From positions 37,760,001 to 37,824,000 of the forward strand of contig CM052817.1 of assembly GCA_028534125.1 (NCBI GenBank): a stretch of DNA of 64,000 nucleotides, read 5' to 3'. Positions 13,961-26,360 of this stretch are shown piece by piece. Numbering within the stretch: the first letter of the stretch is position 1; every line of letters begins with the position of its first letter. Under the pieces are notes generated by a model. The model saw only the letters and a program-made list of their open reading frames with translations, did no database searches and had not been told where the DNA came from. Position numbers and translations under genes: made by a program. The DNA comes from Lama glama (taxonomy: Eukaryota).

Positions 13961-14460
13961 NNNNNNNNNNNNNNNNNNNNNNNNNNNNNNNNNNNNNNNN
14001 NNNNNNNNNNNNNNNNNNNNNNNNNNNNNNNNNNNNNNNNNNNNNNNNNNNNNNNNNNNNNNNNNNNNNNNNNNNNNNNNNNNNNNNNNNNNNNNNNNNN
14101 NNNNNNNNNNNNNNNNNNNNNNNNNNNNNNNNNNNNNNNNNNNNNNNNNNNNNNNNNNNNNNNNNNNNNNNNNNNNNNNNNNNNNNNNNNNNNNNNNNNN
14201 NNNNNNNNNNNNNNNNNNNNNNNNNNNNNNNNNNNNNNNNNNNNNNNNNNNNNNNNNNNNNNNNNNNNNNNNNNNNNNNNNNNNNNNNNNNNNNNNNNNN
14301 NNNNNNNNNNNNNNNNNNNNNNNNNNNNNNNNNNNNNNNNNNNNNNNNNNNNNNNNNNNNNNNNNNNNNNNNNNNNNNNNNNNNNNNNNNNNNNNNNNNN
14401 NNNNNNNNNNNNNNNNNNNNNNNNNNNNNNNNNNNNNNNNNNNNNNNNNNNNNNNNNNNN
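13961..14460. other. Assembly gap (500 N)
   Basis: N-run. Confidence 1.
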
Positions 14461-15220
14461 TGTTCTGGGTAAAAAGAATTTCTGTAAATAGGCCTTTAGC
14501 GGTGTGGTGATAAGGTGTTGGGAGAGGGGAAGTGTTCTGTAGTCCTATGATTTGATCTCAGTGATTTAGTGAGTCTGCACCCCTGCTCTCTGAACTTCAC
14601 AAGTGCTTCTCAGTGTTTTTTCCCCTGCCTTATGGGAGACAGGATGGCTTGAAGGGGGCTGGAGTTGGGTTTGAGGCTGGAGTTCCTTTCCTGCAAGTAG
14701 ATTAGGCCCACAGTAGTTTAGGGTCTTGTAAAATAGTTTCTTGAAGGCAAACTTTGTTAGGAACAGAATCCTCTAGTGATTTTTAAGTGATTACTTTTCT
14801 CTCCCCTACAAGAAGCACAAGAGAGTTTTTCCTCCAGTCTTCACTGTGAGAACTTGGTAGAAGTCCTGATGGTAAAACTCACAAAAGTGTGGGGTTTCCC
14901 TAAGAGGAGCATCCTCCACCCCAGAATTTTTAACTCTTCGACTTGTCCACACTGAGTCTCCAGCAATTCATCAATTACAATTTAGGTTTTCCTACCCCAG
15001 CACTGATGCTCATGGAGGTTTCTGCACATGGATTTCTGCACTGGTAAATTATAATTTTCTCTATGCATTTCTCCAGTTTTGGGGTAGCAGTTTGCTCTGT
15101 GGCCTCTCTTCTTTGATGGATCTCAGAAGAGCTGTTGATTTTTCAAATTTTTACTTATTGTTAGGGTGGACTGCCAACTTCCACGCTCCTTGGAAGGACT
15201 GACTGAAAACAGGGAGTCTG
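14461..15220 (-). mobile_element. Old L1 5' region (L1MC/L1MD-type), antisense
   Basis: GTAAATAGGCCTTTAG...GGGGAAGTGTTCTGTAGTCCTATGATT and TGATGGATCTCAGAAGAGCTGTTGATTTT motifs recalled from L1M 5' ends. Confidence 0.6.
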
Positions 15221-17720
15221 CTCAGGGACATTGTTTTTAGTATTAGAACATTTGAAACATCCTAAATATCTGTCATTAGGAGAAGAGATAATTAGATTGT
15301 GGTATATTCGTATAACCGACTACTGGAAGTTAAATGAATGCATTGGATTTATATGATTTAAAGTGGCCATATCACAAAAACATACAGTAAAAAAAGCAAA
15401 TGCAAAATAATACACAGAAAACAATGCTATATATCATTTATGAATACATATGTGTTCAATGAAAGTACAATAATATAACAAAGGTACATTTCTTTAGGAT
15501 AGTGATTTCTTCTGGGGTATAGTGAAGAATAGAGTCACTGAGGAATAGAACAGGGATTTCAGCTATGTGTATAATATTTCATTTCTAAAAAGAACAGATT
15601 TAAAGCAAACGAAACAAAGGATTTACATCTTGTAATTATGTGTGACCTTAGGAAAGCTAATTAACCTCCAAGCACTTTAGTTTTCTTTCTTTGACAAAGA
15701 GGCAGTTGTGAGGGTTAAACTGACGTATGTATGTTTCTAATACATTAAAAATTATAATAAAAATGTGAAGAAAAGTTACTAGGAAAGAAGCTAGAAATAT
15801 TTTAAGAATTTAGATGAACTTAAAAAATGACGTTATGTGGTTTCTTATTGTAACAAGTTCCATCACATTCATCTCAAATTAGAACAAATGTCTCTGTTAG
15901 CACTCCTTACTCTAGCTGTCATTTTATTTGAAAAATGCCACTAATGCTTCTACTGATCAAGGGTAAAATGGAAAAACAAAGCATTCGTTTTATTTGTTCT
16001 GGAGGAGTCAGGGACTGACTTGATTTCCATCTTCGTTTCCCGGGGAATGTGACAATTTTTGCTAAACTTGTTTGATTTCTGTCTCCATGTTTCATAACTC
16101 ACAAGGAGACCTCCTTTTGTGTCCCTAGAATGAAATAAAAATATTTTCAAGCTCCTAGTGGAATTTGTTACTGGTCTATTTATTAACAAAATACGAGAAA
16201 GCGGCAGGAGAGTCTTCAATGGGGGCAGCAGAGGGAATCAGAATCCTCCTTGAATATGCTGCTTGTATGTTTTCTTCTTTGTCTTCTAGGGTGGGTGGTG
16301 TCTCTGAGCTGATTGGCATCTTGGCCCATGTTTTCTAAATCACTCCAGCTTCATGGCATATCAGATTACTGTGACTTTGAATGAGATTGCTTTGAAAAGT
16401 GCAGTGTTCTTGAATGACTTGGAAACTACCTTCTGTTTAGGAAAATACTTGTACTCTGGGTGTCAGTAAGGCTGAGATTATTAGAAAAAGATAAAGGAGA
16501 TAAAGTCCTCTGGGAACCAATTTTCTAGCTTTAAGTGAAAAGAAATCTACACAACCATATGAGCTATGAAAGCCACTGTTTGAAGCCCGAAATTTCTATT
16601 GTGAAATATCTTGTCTTTGGGACACATGCTTTGTGGCTAAAAGGTTCATGTGGTTTCTGTAACTATGTAACACAAAAGTAGGTCTCTTTGAGCCAAACTG
16701 AGAGAAACTGTTGAAGTGTGAGTTCCTCTGTGAACTCAATGCTTGTAGCAAAATAAGAATACAGATATTTTAGCAATTCCGGTGCTGGCTTTGAGATGAA
16801 TCAGAACGTTGCCCTCCAGGTCCAATATTTCTATGACTAAGTGAAAAAGGCGAGGGAGTCCCAGGTTTACTTTGAAGAATATACAGACGGGTACGCACAC
16901 TTTCGTGCCATATGCATGCAGATATGCACACACAAATACACCCATCTCCTTTTCCTTCATCGGAATGAGGGTTTCTCTGCAGAAATGAAACATACTCAAC
17001 TAAATAGAATAGTTTAATATTTAATATGAATCTGCCTCCTTTAATAAGTATCCCAAACACATTTAAACTTTTTCTTGATGATTCATCCATCACTATTAAT
17101 AATTAAATATGATGTTTTTATTTCTCTGTAATGCTTTGCTTTTATTCCCTCTCCCTTCCCCATTACTAAAGAAATACTCATTAACAGAAAATCAGAAATA
17201 TAAAGAGGAAAACATCAATTATTACACTTACCCAGAGATAACCAGTGGTAACTCTTTGTGTAAGTATTTTCAAATGCACACTCATAGACAGACACATACT
17301 AAAATAGGAACATAAAATCATATCTTTTATGATCTGTCTTTTTCTCACAGTGATTTATCAGGAGTACTTTTTTAAAATATCAAAACCCATACCTGAAACA
17401 TCATTTTAAATTACCACATGATACTCCATTGTGTGAGCATATATTTTATTGCAACAATTTCATATTGTCAAACAGTTAGATTATGTTCAACATTCTTATA
17501 TCACAGACAACACTGTATTAAAGGTATGTGTATGTGTACAAATATGTATCTTTATGTATATTCTTAATTATTTCCACATAATAAATTATCAGGTGTGGTA
17601 TTTATATTTCAGAGACCACACACATTCCTTCAGGAGCAGGAATTGTTTCTCTGAAATGGTGCCAGGTTTTTCAGCCTTTAGCCTAGTCCTTTGAAAGAAC
17701 TTTCTTCTGGAGTCTGGCTT

Positions 17721-17776
17721 AAAAAACAAAAACAAAAACAAAAACAAAAACAAAAACAAAAACAAAAACAAAAACA
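17721..17776. repeat. (AAAAAC)n hexamer microsatellite
   Basis: About 9 units, seen directly. Confidence 0.95.
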
Positions 17777-18277
17777 GAAAAACCTTCAACCTGCCTCCTC
17801 CAGGATTAAGCTGTCTCCTTAAGGCTGAGTGGGATTGGCTTGTAAGCTGTTTGAATTGAGCTGTTGTGCTGTAAATTGTTTGAGCTTTTGAAAACTGTGC
17901 TTTACTCTAGAGGAAAAACCTCTAGGAAATGGGATTCCAGTTATCTAGGTATTTTGAGGGCACTCCCACCCCCACAACGACTCTGGTCAATTTTACGTGT
18001 GAAATTCTTGGTCCTTCCTCTTTTGCATTTTTAACTAAATGGACCATTCAAGTTCTGACAAATGGATTTCATACAACTTCCTTTGTCTAATGGGTATTAA
18101 TATGTTTTAGTCATAGTTTGTACGTTTCCACACTGGACTGAAGCCTTCCTTTGCAAACAGGCTGCTACTGCTGCTTCTCTGGCTAAAGTCCTTTTAGGAA
18201 AGATTACCCCTACCTGGAGAACTCCTTTCAGACTTCGTAGTAGTTGAGGAACCCATCTTACTAGCCCAGTGTTTTAA

Positions 18278-18820
18278 CAAGTCTGTGCTGTTTGGCTTGT
18301 TTTACAGCACTTTCACTGTACTTACCACCCTCAAACATCTGGTTTAGTCACATGCACTAATGGCATTTTTAAGACTCAACTGGCAAAATTAGTAGAAGCC
18401 CTGCAAATAATGTGACCAAAGGCATTGCCACTTGTTCCTCTAATTCTCAGAGCCCCTGCTTTTGGAACTCATAGTTCTCATCCTTTGAGATAGTCACCAG
18501 CTGCCCAGTGTACTTGATTCCACCTTCTTTTGACTCACAACTGATAAAAGGAGAGATACTCCAGTATTGCAAGGCTGAATTGCTTCTAGTAAAAATAACC
18601 ATGTTTGGTAGAACAGTCTTTTCACAGTGTGCTCTTGGGAGATAAAGACCTTAAGCATCACAGCGTGCAACCTGGAGATTTCATCTACTGGAAAAGATAC
18701 CTCCAGAAGAACTCTCTTCAGCCTCACTGGAAAGGCCCTATCAAGTACTACTAACCAAGCTTTGTGCTACCAAACTCCAAGGTATAGACTCCTGGATCCA
18801 TGTGACACATCTAAAGAAGA
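18278..18820 (+). pseudogene. Retroviral integrase remnant (core C-terminal half plus GPY/F region)
   Basis: Manual translation gives QVCAVWLVLQHFHCTYHPQTSGLVTCTNGIFKTQLAKLVEALQIM*PKALPLV, then QPGDFIYWK...PHWKGPYQVL and LQGIDSWIHVTHLKK; stops and frameshifts present. Confidence 0.9.
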
Positions 18821-19228
18821 TGTCAAATTCTGACCTGCACATCATCTGATAACCTGAAAATAAAGATTTCCTGGGATTGATGTAGACAATAGCTGATGAG
18901 ACAACATTTCCAAGACATTCTGACCAGATCTGTTGGAAATTTGTCGCCAAACCTTTGATGATGATGTAATGCTTCAGATGATCTCCAATGTCTATGATCT
19001 TGATAATATTTGTACTTTGGATAAATAGTGTCTGAGAGTTCTCCCTCCTACCTCTCATTGTTTCTTATGTGACCATAATAGGTTTCCAGTTTGTGCACTT
19101 TCCATCCAACATGAGACATAACACCTAAGAAAAATTTCCTAATATTGAAGGAAAAAGCTGCTGAAACTAAAACCCCTGAGTCTTGATCATCAGTGTTTTC
19201 AGAGAAAGATCTTGGTCAAAAGGGGAAA

Positions 19229-19550
19229 ATGTAAAAATTAATTAAAAAGAGTTAGGGAACCAGAAGAGGGAGTACTCATGCTCTGTGATGATAGCAGAGC
19301 TCAACAGGAAAAGGAAAGACTCTTCTTTCCTGGCAAGGACTTAGCCAGTGAAAAACCATGGATGCTTTGTTTATGATAGCTCCCGGCCCCATTTTCTTTT
19401 CTTCTCTGTAAAAACATTCTCCTTCCTTTGCAGTGCAGGGACTTGCTTGTGGCTCATCATGGTTGCAGACCCCAAACTGCAATTCTCTGCTGATCCCAAA
19501 TAAACCCATCTTTGCTGAGGAAGCATCTGGCAGTCTGTTTCAGCTCAACA
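19229..19550 (+). mobile_element. 3' LTR of the ERV1 element
   Basis: Starts TGT after the PPT, AATAAA near 19499, ends ...CTCAACA. Confidence 0.8.
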
Positions 19551-20473
19551 ATTTGCATTTTAAAGAGAGATGAGGAGATCTCCCTTAAAGGTTTTGTTTT
19601 TATTCTCATATAAAAAGAAACATCTGAAACTCAGAAAATGTTTGGACATAGAAATTTTGGGGCTAGAAGGAATATCTTTTCCCATGGATTAAAATATACA
19701 GTTCTTGAAAAGATTTAAGCAGGCGTTCACAAAAGACATGTGAATAGCAGCTAAAGAAATGAGCAGGTGCTCCACATCATTAGTTACCTGGGGAATATAA
19801 ATTAAATCCAAGATGAGATAGTACTACACACCTGTTAGAATTGCTAAAAACAAAAAATAGGACTTAAGCAGGCGTTCACAAAAGATATGTGAATAGCAGC
19901 TAAAGAAATGAGTTAGTCACCTGGGGAATATAAATAAGTCCAAGATGAGATAGTACTACACACCTGTGAGAATTGCTGAAACGAAAAATAAAAAACAAAA
20001 AAGCCCAACGAACACCAAGAGATGATAAGAATGTGGACTAACATTGCAGATGCAGTGAAGGTGAACTGCAAATGCAAAAATGGTACAGCCGTTTGGAAAA
20101 CTGACATTTCCTTTAACATTAAACATACATTTACCAAATGACCCTGCAATTCTACCTCTACGTATTTACCAACATTGAAAAAAAAAATTCTGTCTATCCA
20201 AAAACATGTATGCAAATACTTACTGCTCAGAAATAAAAAAGATGAAAAAAGAAATTAAAAAATGAATATTGATTTATGTAGGAACATGAATTCATTTCAA
20301 ATGTATTAAGAACTCAACAGGCTGCATAATATTTGATTTTACTTACAGTCTAGAAAAAAAATTGTGGGGACAGAAAACAGATCAGTTGTTGCCAAGGCCT
20401 TGAGATAGGGTGAGAGGGTCACCTTAAAATTGTACCATGAGGGAATTTTTAGGGTGAGGGAACTGATAAATTT

Positions 20474-21038
20474 CTTTTTTTTTTTTTTTTTACATTTTTA
20501 TTGATTCATAATCATTTTACAGTGTTGTGTCAAATTCCAGTGTTCAGTACAATTTTTCAGTCATACATGGACATATACACACTCATTGTCACATTTTTTT
20601 CTCTGTGATTTATCATAACATTTTGTGTATATTTCCCTGTGCTATACAGTGTAATCTTGTTTATCTGTTNNNNNNNNNNNNNNNNNNNNNNNNNNNNNNN
20701 NNNNNNNNNNNNNNNNNNNNNNNNNNNNNNNNNNNNNNNNNNNNNNNNNNNNNNNNNNNNNNNNNNNNNCCCCCACCCCCCGGTAACCACAAGTCTGTAT
20801 TCTCTGTCCATGGGTCCATTTCTGTCCTGTATTTATGCTTTGTTTTTGTTTGTTTGTTTGTTTTTGTTTTTTAGATTCCACATATGAGCGCTCTCATATG
20901 GTATTTTTCTTTCTCTTTCTGGCTTACTTCACTTAGAATGACATTCTCTAGGAGCATCCATGTTGCTGCAAATGGCATTATGTTGTCGGTTTTTATGGCT
21001 GAGTAGTATTCCATTGTATAAATATACCACATCTTCTT
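20474..21038 (-). mobile_element. Young L1 3' end with long poly(A), spanning a gap
   Basis: T-run, L1 3' UTR and ORF2 terminus (KKMWYIYTMEYYSAIK); shares a distinctive 3' end with the 26361 copy. Confidence 0.9.
20670..20769. other. Assembly gap (100 N)
   Basis: N-run. Confidence 1.
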
Positions 21039-21203
21039 AATAGTGGTTGTGGCTATAGGACAGTATGCATTTGGCAAAGCTCATAGAACTGTCCCTAAAA
21101 AAGAGTTAATTCTACCGTATGCAAATTTAAAACATGAATAAAAATTTAGAAGTTAATAAAATTCTATTTTAATAAGAAAAAGAAAATGCCATACCAAAGT
21201 GTC

Positions 21204-21586
21204 TGTAGTGGCCATATGAATATGCATTGCATACTTCCAGCACAAAGAGCTTGATTGACCAAAGGGCCAGCTTCTGCACTTGCAATTCTTTGCTGCATTT
21301 GCCAGTGACTGAGCATAGCTGGGATACTAAGGGAGGCCCATTCCTGAGGGTCATGGGTCTCCCCAATGGCCTTGTTGAAACTTCCTTATGCTATACCAGA
21401 GTGTAAGACACTTCCACCTAACCTCCTTTCCTTCTTCACTGAAGTCAGACTTGCATGGTGGTTATGGTTCTCCCAGCCTCACTGGCTCTCTTCTCAATTT
21501 CTCCCACACAGGCATTTCCCTGAATAAAATCCTTGCATGTTTAATCTTGTCTTGGCAGCTGCTTGTTGTAGGACTTGAACCAACAC
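21204..21586 (+). mobile_element. ERVL solo LTR (LTR40/LTR41-like)
   Basis: TGTAG start; AATAAAATCCTTGCATG...CTTGGCAGCTGCTT...AACACA end. Confidence 0.6.
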
Positions 21587-21669
21587 AGCCTCCAATTTTA
21601 TGCTCTATAATATGATCACCACAGAGATAAAATGCATAATCACTTTTTTAATTACTTTTACCTAATCAT

Positions 21670-22380
21670 CTTTTTAATAAAAAGTTTATTGAATACAGTA
21701 TACATGAAGACATACAAAATGTAAACATACAGGCTCTATGAATTTTTGCAAAGTGAAAATATCACCTAGATCAAGAATAGTAACATTACTAGTAATTCAG
21801 AAGCAAATTTCTCTCCATGCCCCACCAGCTTATGTCCTCTTCCAGTGACTGATTCCATCTCAAAGATAATTAGTGGCCCGAATTCCTACCACTATAGATC
21901 TGTTTTGCCTATTGTTGAATTTTAAAAAAGTGGCATCAGTAAATATACTTTTATTTTGATCTGGCTCCTTTCAATTATGATTATGCTTGTGAGGATCATT
22001 CATGACGGTACACATAGCATCAGTTTATTCCTTTTCATTGTTGTGAAATATTTCACTAAATGAATATATACCACAATTAATTTATTGTATCAGTAGAATA
22101 GTCCATTCTAGTATTGATGGACATCAGTGTTTTTTCACTTTTGTGCTCTTACAAATAATGTCATTATGAACGTAACTTGGACATGTGTTCTGGTACAAAT
22201 ATATGTGCATTCCTATTTGGTATATCACTAGGAGTAGAATTGTGATCATAGATTATGTATATGATCAGAGTAAGAAGATATTACCAAACAATTATGTACT
22301 ATATATTATATGGTTATACTTCTATCAGCGGTATATAAGCATTTCATTTCTTCTACAAGCTCATCGTCATCATCAATGTT
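21670..22380 (-). mobile_element. Old L1 3' end (L1ME-like)
   Basis: Antisense L1 3' motifs such as TATTGATGGACAT and AGGAGTAGAATTG. Confidence 0.7.
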
Positions 22381-22384
22381 TGAT

Positions 22385-23200
22385 ATAAAATTGACAAGGA
22401 CATAACAGTAAAGGAAAACTACAGGCCAATTTCTCTCATAGACAAAGATGCAAAAAATCTTAGATAAACTAGCAAACAGACTCTAGGAATCTAAAAAAAG
22501 ATAATACATCACAATTTACCTTGATTTATTCCTGAAATGCAAAGGGAGTTTAGTATCTGAAATATCAATTGATGTGTTTCTCCACAATATCAGAATAAAA
22601 GAGAAAAGTCACATAGTTGTCTAAGTAGAAGGGAAAAAGCATTTGATAATATTTAACACCCAACCATGGTTTAAAAAAACTCTTGGCAAACTGAAGTGAG
22701 GGGAACTTCATTAATTTAATACAGAATATATATTATGAAGAATATATATGTGTGTGGCCTAGTTGTTGTAGACTAAATTTTGTGTCTCCCACCAAATTCA
22801 TATGTTAATATATATATATATGAAGCATGTAGCAAACACCATTTGTAATGGTGAGATATTGAAAGCTTTCCCCCTGACATAAAGAAGGAGACAAGGAGAT
22901 GTTCTCTATTATCATTTTTACTTAACTTTTTTAGTGTGAAGGTCTAGTCAGAGAATAAGGCAGAAAAAAATGGTGTAAGTATTGGGAAGAAAGAAATAAA
23001 ATAGTCATTATGCACAGATGTCATGACTGGATGCATAAGAAACCCAGAAGACTACAGATAAATTTTAGAATTAATAAGTGAATTTAGCTAGGTTGTTAGA
23101 TACAAAGTCAGTTTATGAAACTAAATTTTATTTCTACATATCAGGAACAAAACTGTTGGAAATTTTAAGGAAAGTACAATTCAACATAACATCAGAAATG
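22385..23200 (+). mobile_element. Old L1 ORF2 (RT region) fragment
   Basis: AAGGAAAACTACAGGCCAAT...GATGCAAAAA, AAAAAGCATTTGATAA and GAAAGCTTTCCCCCT motifs. Confidence 0.8.
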
Positions 23201-24289
23201 GCTTCATCAGTGCTTATGCTAAATGACAATACACTGCTATGCTTTTGATGTCCTCTTATCAGAGTTTTTCATAGTTTTCCAATCTCTCGACTCAGTGGGT
23301 TGTTAGCTACCATTTCTGTTGCTCTCACTATGCTTATTTCTAACTGCAACTTCTCTTAGTAATTTTATGCCCTAACTGTGCTATGATTGGAAAAATCAAT
23401 AAAATTGTATAATGGGTAAAAACTATTTTAATAAAACTGAAAGCATTTGAGCACCCAGACTTTGCGACTTTTATTTTGGCCGTCTAGGCCATGTCAGGGC
23501 CTTTTATACTTATATCCAAGATCTGATTTTGCTCAAAGTGACTGAGATTGCCAAAAGTGCAAACTCCAGGGAAGAATGCTGTAATTCTGTGTCTGTCTTT
23601 CTTTAGATGATAGAAGAGACTAATGAACTCCCCAGCTCCTTACTTGAATAGGACATTTCTTCAAGTTTTCCAAGAGATTATTTCATCTTGAAAGGTAAAG
23701 AAAAAGGAAAGTTGATTTTAGCTTCTGTACAGAAATTTTAAGCAAGATATTTTATCTCCCTCAGGACAAAAATTTGATTTAAATCTTGTCACTAAGTTTG
23801 GTATTAGATACTGACTCTGATGTGATTTAAAATGCACAATCACCCTTAGGTAATGTGCTGACTTTAAGAAGACTTTGTTTCTAATACTAGTTGAATTTGG
23901 CTCAGCTTAGTAAGTAAGATTATAGCCAAATAGATACTATTAACCAAATAAGCCAATAATTATCAGGACCTGACCCCAAAAATTGGGCTTTAGAAAGATG
24001 TAATCCAATAAGCATTGAATCTCTGTAGCTAATTTAACAGATGGAGCAAAAGGAACTAGTGAAGAGCTAGGCTTTTCTGGTTGACAGGAGCTGGTGGGAC
24101 TACGTTATTAAATATCTGCACTCTAGTCATAGCCTGTGGGTACAGAGCTGGCATTACAGATAGTTTCTACTCTATTTAAGAAATACTAGTAGTAGCTCCC
24201 TAAATTGATTTCATCGCTCATTAATATGTCATGAACTTCAATTGGAAAAGCACTAATTTAGATGACACCAAGATTCAATCTTTAAAAAA

Positions 24290-24500
24290 TATATATATAT
24301 ATTTATTGAAGTATAGGCAGTTTACAATGTTGTGTCAATTTCTGGTGTCCAGCACAATGCTTCAGTCATACATGAACATACATATATTATTTTCATATTC
24401 TTTTTCACCATCAGTTACTACAAGGTATTGAATATTGTTCTGCTGTGCTATACAGTAGGACCTTGTTGTTTATCTATTTTATATATAGTAATTAGTATCT
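24290..24500 (-). mobile_element. 5'-truncated L1 3' end
   Basis: TTGAAGTATAGGCAGTTTACAATGTTGTG terminus. Confidence 0.85.
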
Positions 24501-24732
24501 TATTAGTCTATTTCTACTTTTAAAGTGATTCATGTAAAAAATGGTAAATTTTATTGTAGCATATGGGTAGGCTAGAGGAGATTCTAATAAAATAACCCAG
24601 AAACAAACATAAGAACCCAAACCTGATCCTGAATTTCTGCATTTGTGAGGCAGGACTGAAAACCTTTTCCCTACACCATTATTATGAGGATAAATAACAT
24701 AGTGAATATGTGTAAAATAGCTGCGTGGAGCC

Positions 24733-25648
24733 TATGGTGAATGGTTGTTTGCAAAGATACTGATCAGATTCTTCCCCTACCTTCTTGCAAAGATAGCTGA
24801 ACAGTCTTCTTTCCCCGCTGTAACAGGACGTGCCATTTCTTCTAAGAGGTATGGTCCATTCTCCTCATGTTTCCAACTCCTGCTGGAGTCTGGGCTGGCT
24901 TTTAAGCTTTGCCTAATAAAAGGTGAAGTGATGCTGTGGTCTTCTGTGCTTTGGCAACAAGAAGCTGTGTGCTTTCATTCTTATCTTTTTGAAACTCTTT
25001 GACTAACATGTGAAGGCTTTTTGAGAATGAGAGACCAGGTATAGAGACCCAGTAGTCCATACCAATCACCAGACATGAGAAAAGCCACATTGGCCCACCC
25101 AGCCCAGTTGTTGTAGACTAAATTTTGTGTCCCTCACCAAATTCATGTGTTAAATCCTAATACTCAATATAATGGTATTTGGAGGTGGGGCCTTTAGGAG
25201 GTGATTAGGTCATGAGGGTGGAACCCTCATGAATGAGATTGGTGCCCCTTTAAAGAGGCTCCAGAGAGATCCCTTGCCTCTTCTGCTGTGTGAGTGCACA
25301 GTGAGAGGATAGCCCATCCAGGAATCGGGAAGCAAGCTCTCACCAGACACCACATCTGCAGGTGTCCCGTTCTTAGACTTCCAGCCTCCAGAACTATGAG
25401 AAACGCATGTTGTTCAACTCACCCAGCCTATGATATTTTGGTATAGCAGCCCAAATAAACTGACACCAGTCAAGCCTACCTATTCCTGTAGCCATAGAGT
25501 AATTCCATTTGAGACCAGCAGAGGAACCACCTATCTCAACCCAGCACAAACTGTTGGTCCACCAAATCATAAACAAAAAAAAAGTTGGGTGTTATTTTAA
25601 GTTACTCTGATTTGGAGCAGTTTATTACACAGGTTGGATAAATGATAG
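24733..25648 (+). mobile_element. MaLR LTR (MLT1G/H-like) with nested MLT1A-like LTR
   Basis: MLT1 motifs flank the nested element; 3' end GTTATTTTAAGTTACT...GTTTATTACACAG. Confidence 0.65.
25109..25465 (+). mobile_element. MaLR LTR (MLT1A-like), full length
   Basis: TG...CA termini, GGTATTTGGAGGTGGGGCCTTT motif, 5-bp TSD CCAGT at 25104-25108 and 25466-25470. Confidence 0.9.
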
Positions 25649-25684
25649 ATTTGTCATGAGTGAAGGAAAAATATTTAGTTTTCA

Positions 25685-25818
25685 GGGGAGGATATAGCTC
25701 AGTGTTAGAATGCATGCTTAGCATGCATGAGGTCCTGGGTTCAGTCTCCAGTACCTCCATTAAATGAATAAATAAATACATAAATAAACCTAATTACCAC
25801 CCCCCAAAAAACAAAAAA
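25685..25818 (+). mobile_element. tRNA-derived SINE (vic-1-like)
   Basis: GGGGAGGATATAGCTCAGTGTTAGAATGCATGC...GGGTTCAGTCTCCAGTACCTCC plus A-rich tail. Confidence 0.9.
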
Positions 25819-26360
25819 ATTTAATTTTGAAGTACAATTTCTAAGATAACTATTTTTAAATACTGAGATTTATTTCTTACGATTAGGTAGACAACATTAA
25901 AAAATGTTTTTTGGCTTATTTTTGTTCTCACTGTATGTTTATCTCATTTCCAGATTATATATATATACCTAAACCACCACTATTTAAGACAAAATTGAGT
26001 TTGTTGAAAGTTTGTAAATCAGAAAGAATCTTTGCTTTTAATTAGTTTGGGCCCCTTTCATATAAATAAGTGTTAGATAAATGGGACACAAATATCACAG
26101 CTAATACTTGGAGATAGGTCTGTATTGCATAATGTAGAAGACCTGTGGATGATCAATATTTGAATCTCTCTCAATGAGAAAACAATAAGGTAGATAATTT
26201 CTTTCTTTGAGTGTGATAGGGGATTATAACTCTAATTAGTCATAATGCAGCGAACTAAATTTTGCAAGTGCAGATTGTTTTTTCAAAAAGTTTGCAGAGT
26301 GTAATATTAGTAATAGCTAACACTTATTGAATATTTAATGTATCAGACATATTCTAAGCA

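Larger units (their letters stand above)
17605..19229 (+). mobile_element. Internally deleted ERV1-class proviral internal region
   Basis: Gag-like start ATGGGATTCCAG near 17929, decayed integrase at 18278-18820, polypurine tract AAAAGGGGAAAA directly before the LTR. Confidence 0.8.
19700..21160 (+). mobile_element. Old L1 3' end (L1MC/MD-like), interrupted by a younger L1
   Basis: AATGGTACAGCCGTTTGGAAAA, ATGACCCTGCAATTCTAC and CAGATCAGTTGTTGCC motifs. Confidence 0.75.

Noticed and set aside
15900..17100. Unique block with several 87-107 aa ORFs
   Set aside because: No recognisable protein motifs or paired splice sites; could be regulatory, but nothing in the sequence supports a call.
20527..20887. 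ORFs containing X runs
   Set aside because: They span a 100-N gap inside an L1 3' UTR.
21670..23200. Opposed L1 fragments suggesting a twin-priming inversion
   Set aside because: The two pieces appear to come from L1 positions more than 1 kb apart and no TSD is visible; it cannot be supported.
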